Source: Vicugna vicugna (taxonomy: Eukaryota). From it: a stretch of 64,000 bases of DNA. The notes beneath the pieces are model-generated. The model saw only the letters and a program-made list of their open reading frames with translations, searched no databases and was not told the DNA's origin. Location of the stretch: the NCBI GenBank assembly GCA_013265495.1, contig MU058103.1:622001-686000 (forward strand). Reading direction: 5' to 3'. This document shows, one piece after another, positions 63,686-64,000 of this stretch; within the stretch, counting starts at the first letter, position 1; every line of letters begins with the position of its first letter. Both the position numbers and the translations under genes were made by a program.

Positions 63686-64000
63686 TAATAGGTAAGGTGG
63701 ATAAAGTACACTACAATGAAATATAAATATGTGAATGACACTTAATATATCATAGATAATGGAGTAATTGATTTTCCTTAGTGAGAAATTAAAAAAAGAT
63801 CCGAGCTGTAGCAATAACATTCAAACTCAGGTGTATATCAGTGGCCTTTTAATAATATGTTAGGTATAGTTTAAAAATAATCCTTTTTTTTTTTCTTGTC
63901 TGATTTCAAACATAGCCAACCAAACATGAAAAGTCTTATATGTAGTTGTTATTAATTTAAATAATGTCTTTCCCTAATGGTATAAAGAAGAGAAAAAAGA

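Noticed and set aside
1..64000. Novel multi-gene system or operon
   Set aside because: No intact genes or operon-like organisation; every recognisable coding remnant is L1- or ERV-derived

Overview
AT-rich, CpG-depleted eutherian mammal genomic DNA made mostly of decayed transposable elements. I recognise no host protein-coding gene, RNA gene, CpG island or prokaryotic system. Only L1- and ERV-derived ORFs in the track are recognisable; the rest look like chance or low-complexity frames. Ancient pan-eutherian repeats are present (MIR, L2, MLT1, LTR16-like, MER82, MER58A, L1MC/L1ME). Younger repeats include artiodactyl-type L1 3' tails and ERV1 LTRs. I saw no Alu, BovB/Bov-tA, PRE-1, CanSINE or B1/B2, which tentatively suggests a camelid-like genome (inference only). 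Best-supported structures: (1) a near full-length minus-strand L1MC-type element (~19.8-28.6 kb) interrupted by a 5'UTR+ORF1-only L1 insert with a probable TSD; (2) a two-LTR, internally deleted ERV1 provirus (31599-34972) with PBS, PPT and gag/pro/IN/env stubs; (3) a young 5'-truncated L1 with a perfect TSD (37.6-39.3 kb); (4) nested and solo LTRs with TSDs; (5) a 408-nt pure-purine repeat. All eight LTR-class elements I recognise lie on the minus strand, hinting at an intron of a + strand gene. A compact ISRE + NF-kB-like cluster at ~41.7 kb is the best regulatory candidate. Family names come from recalled consensus sequences, not a database search, and the boundaries of old repeats are approximate.
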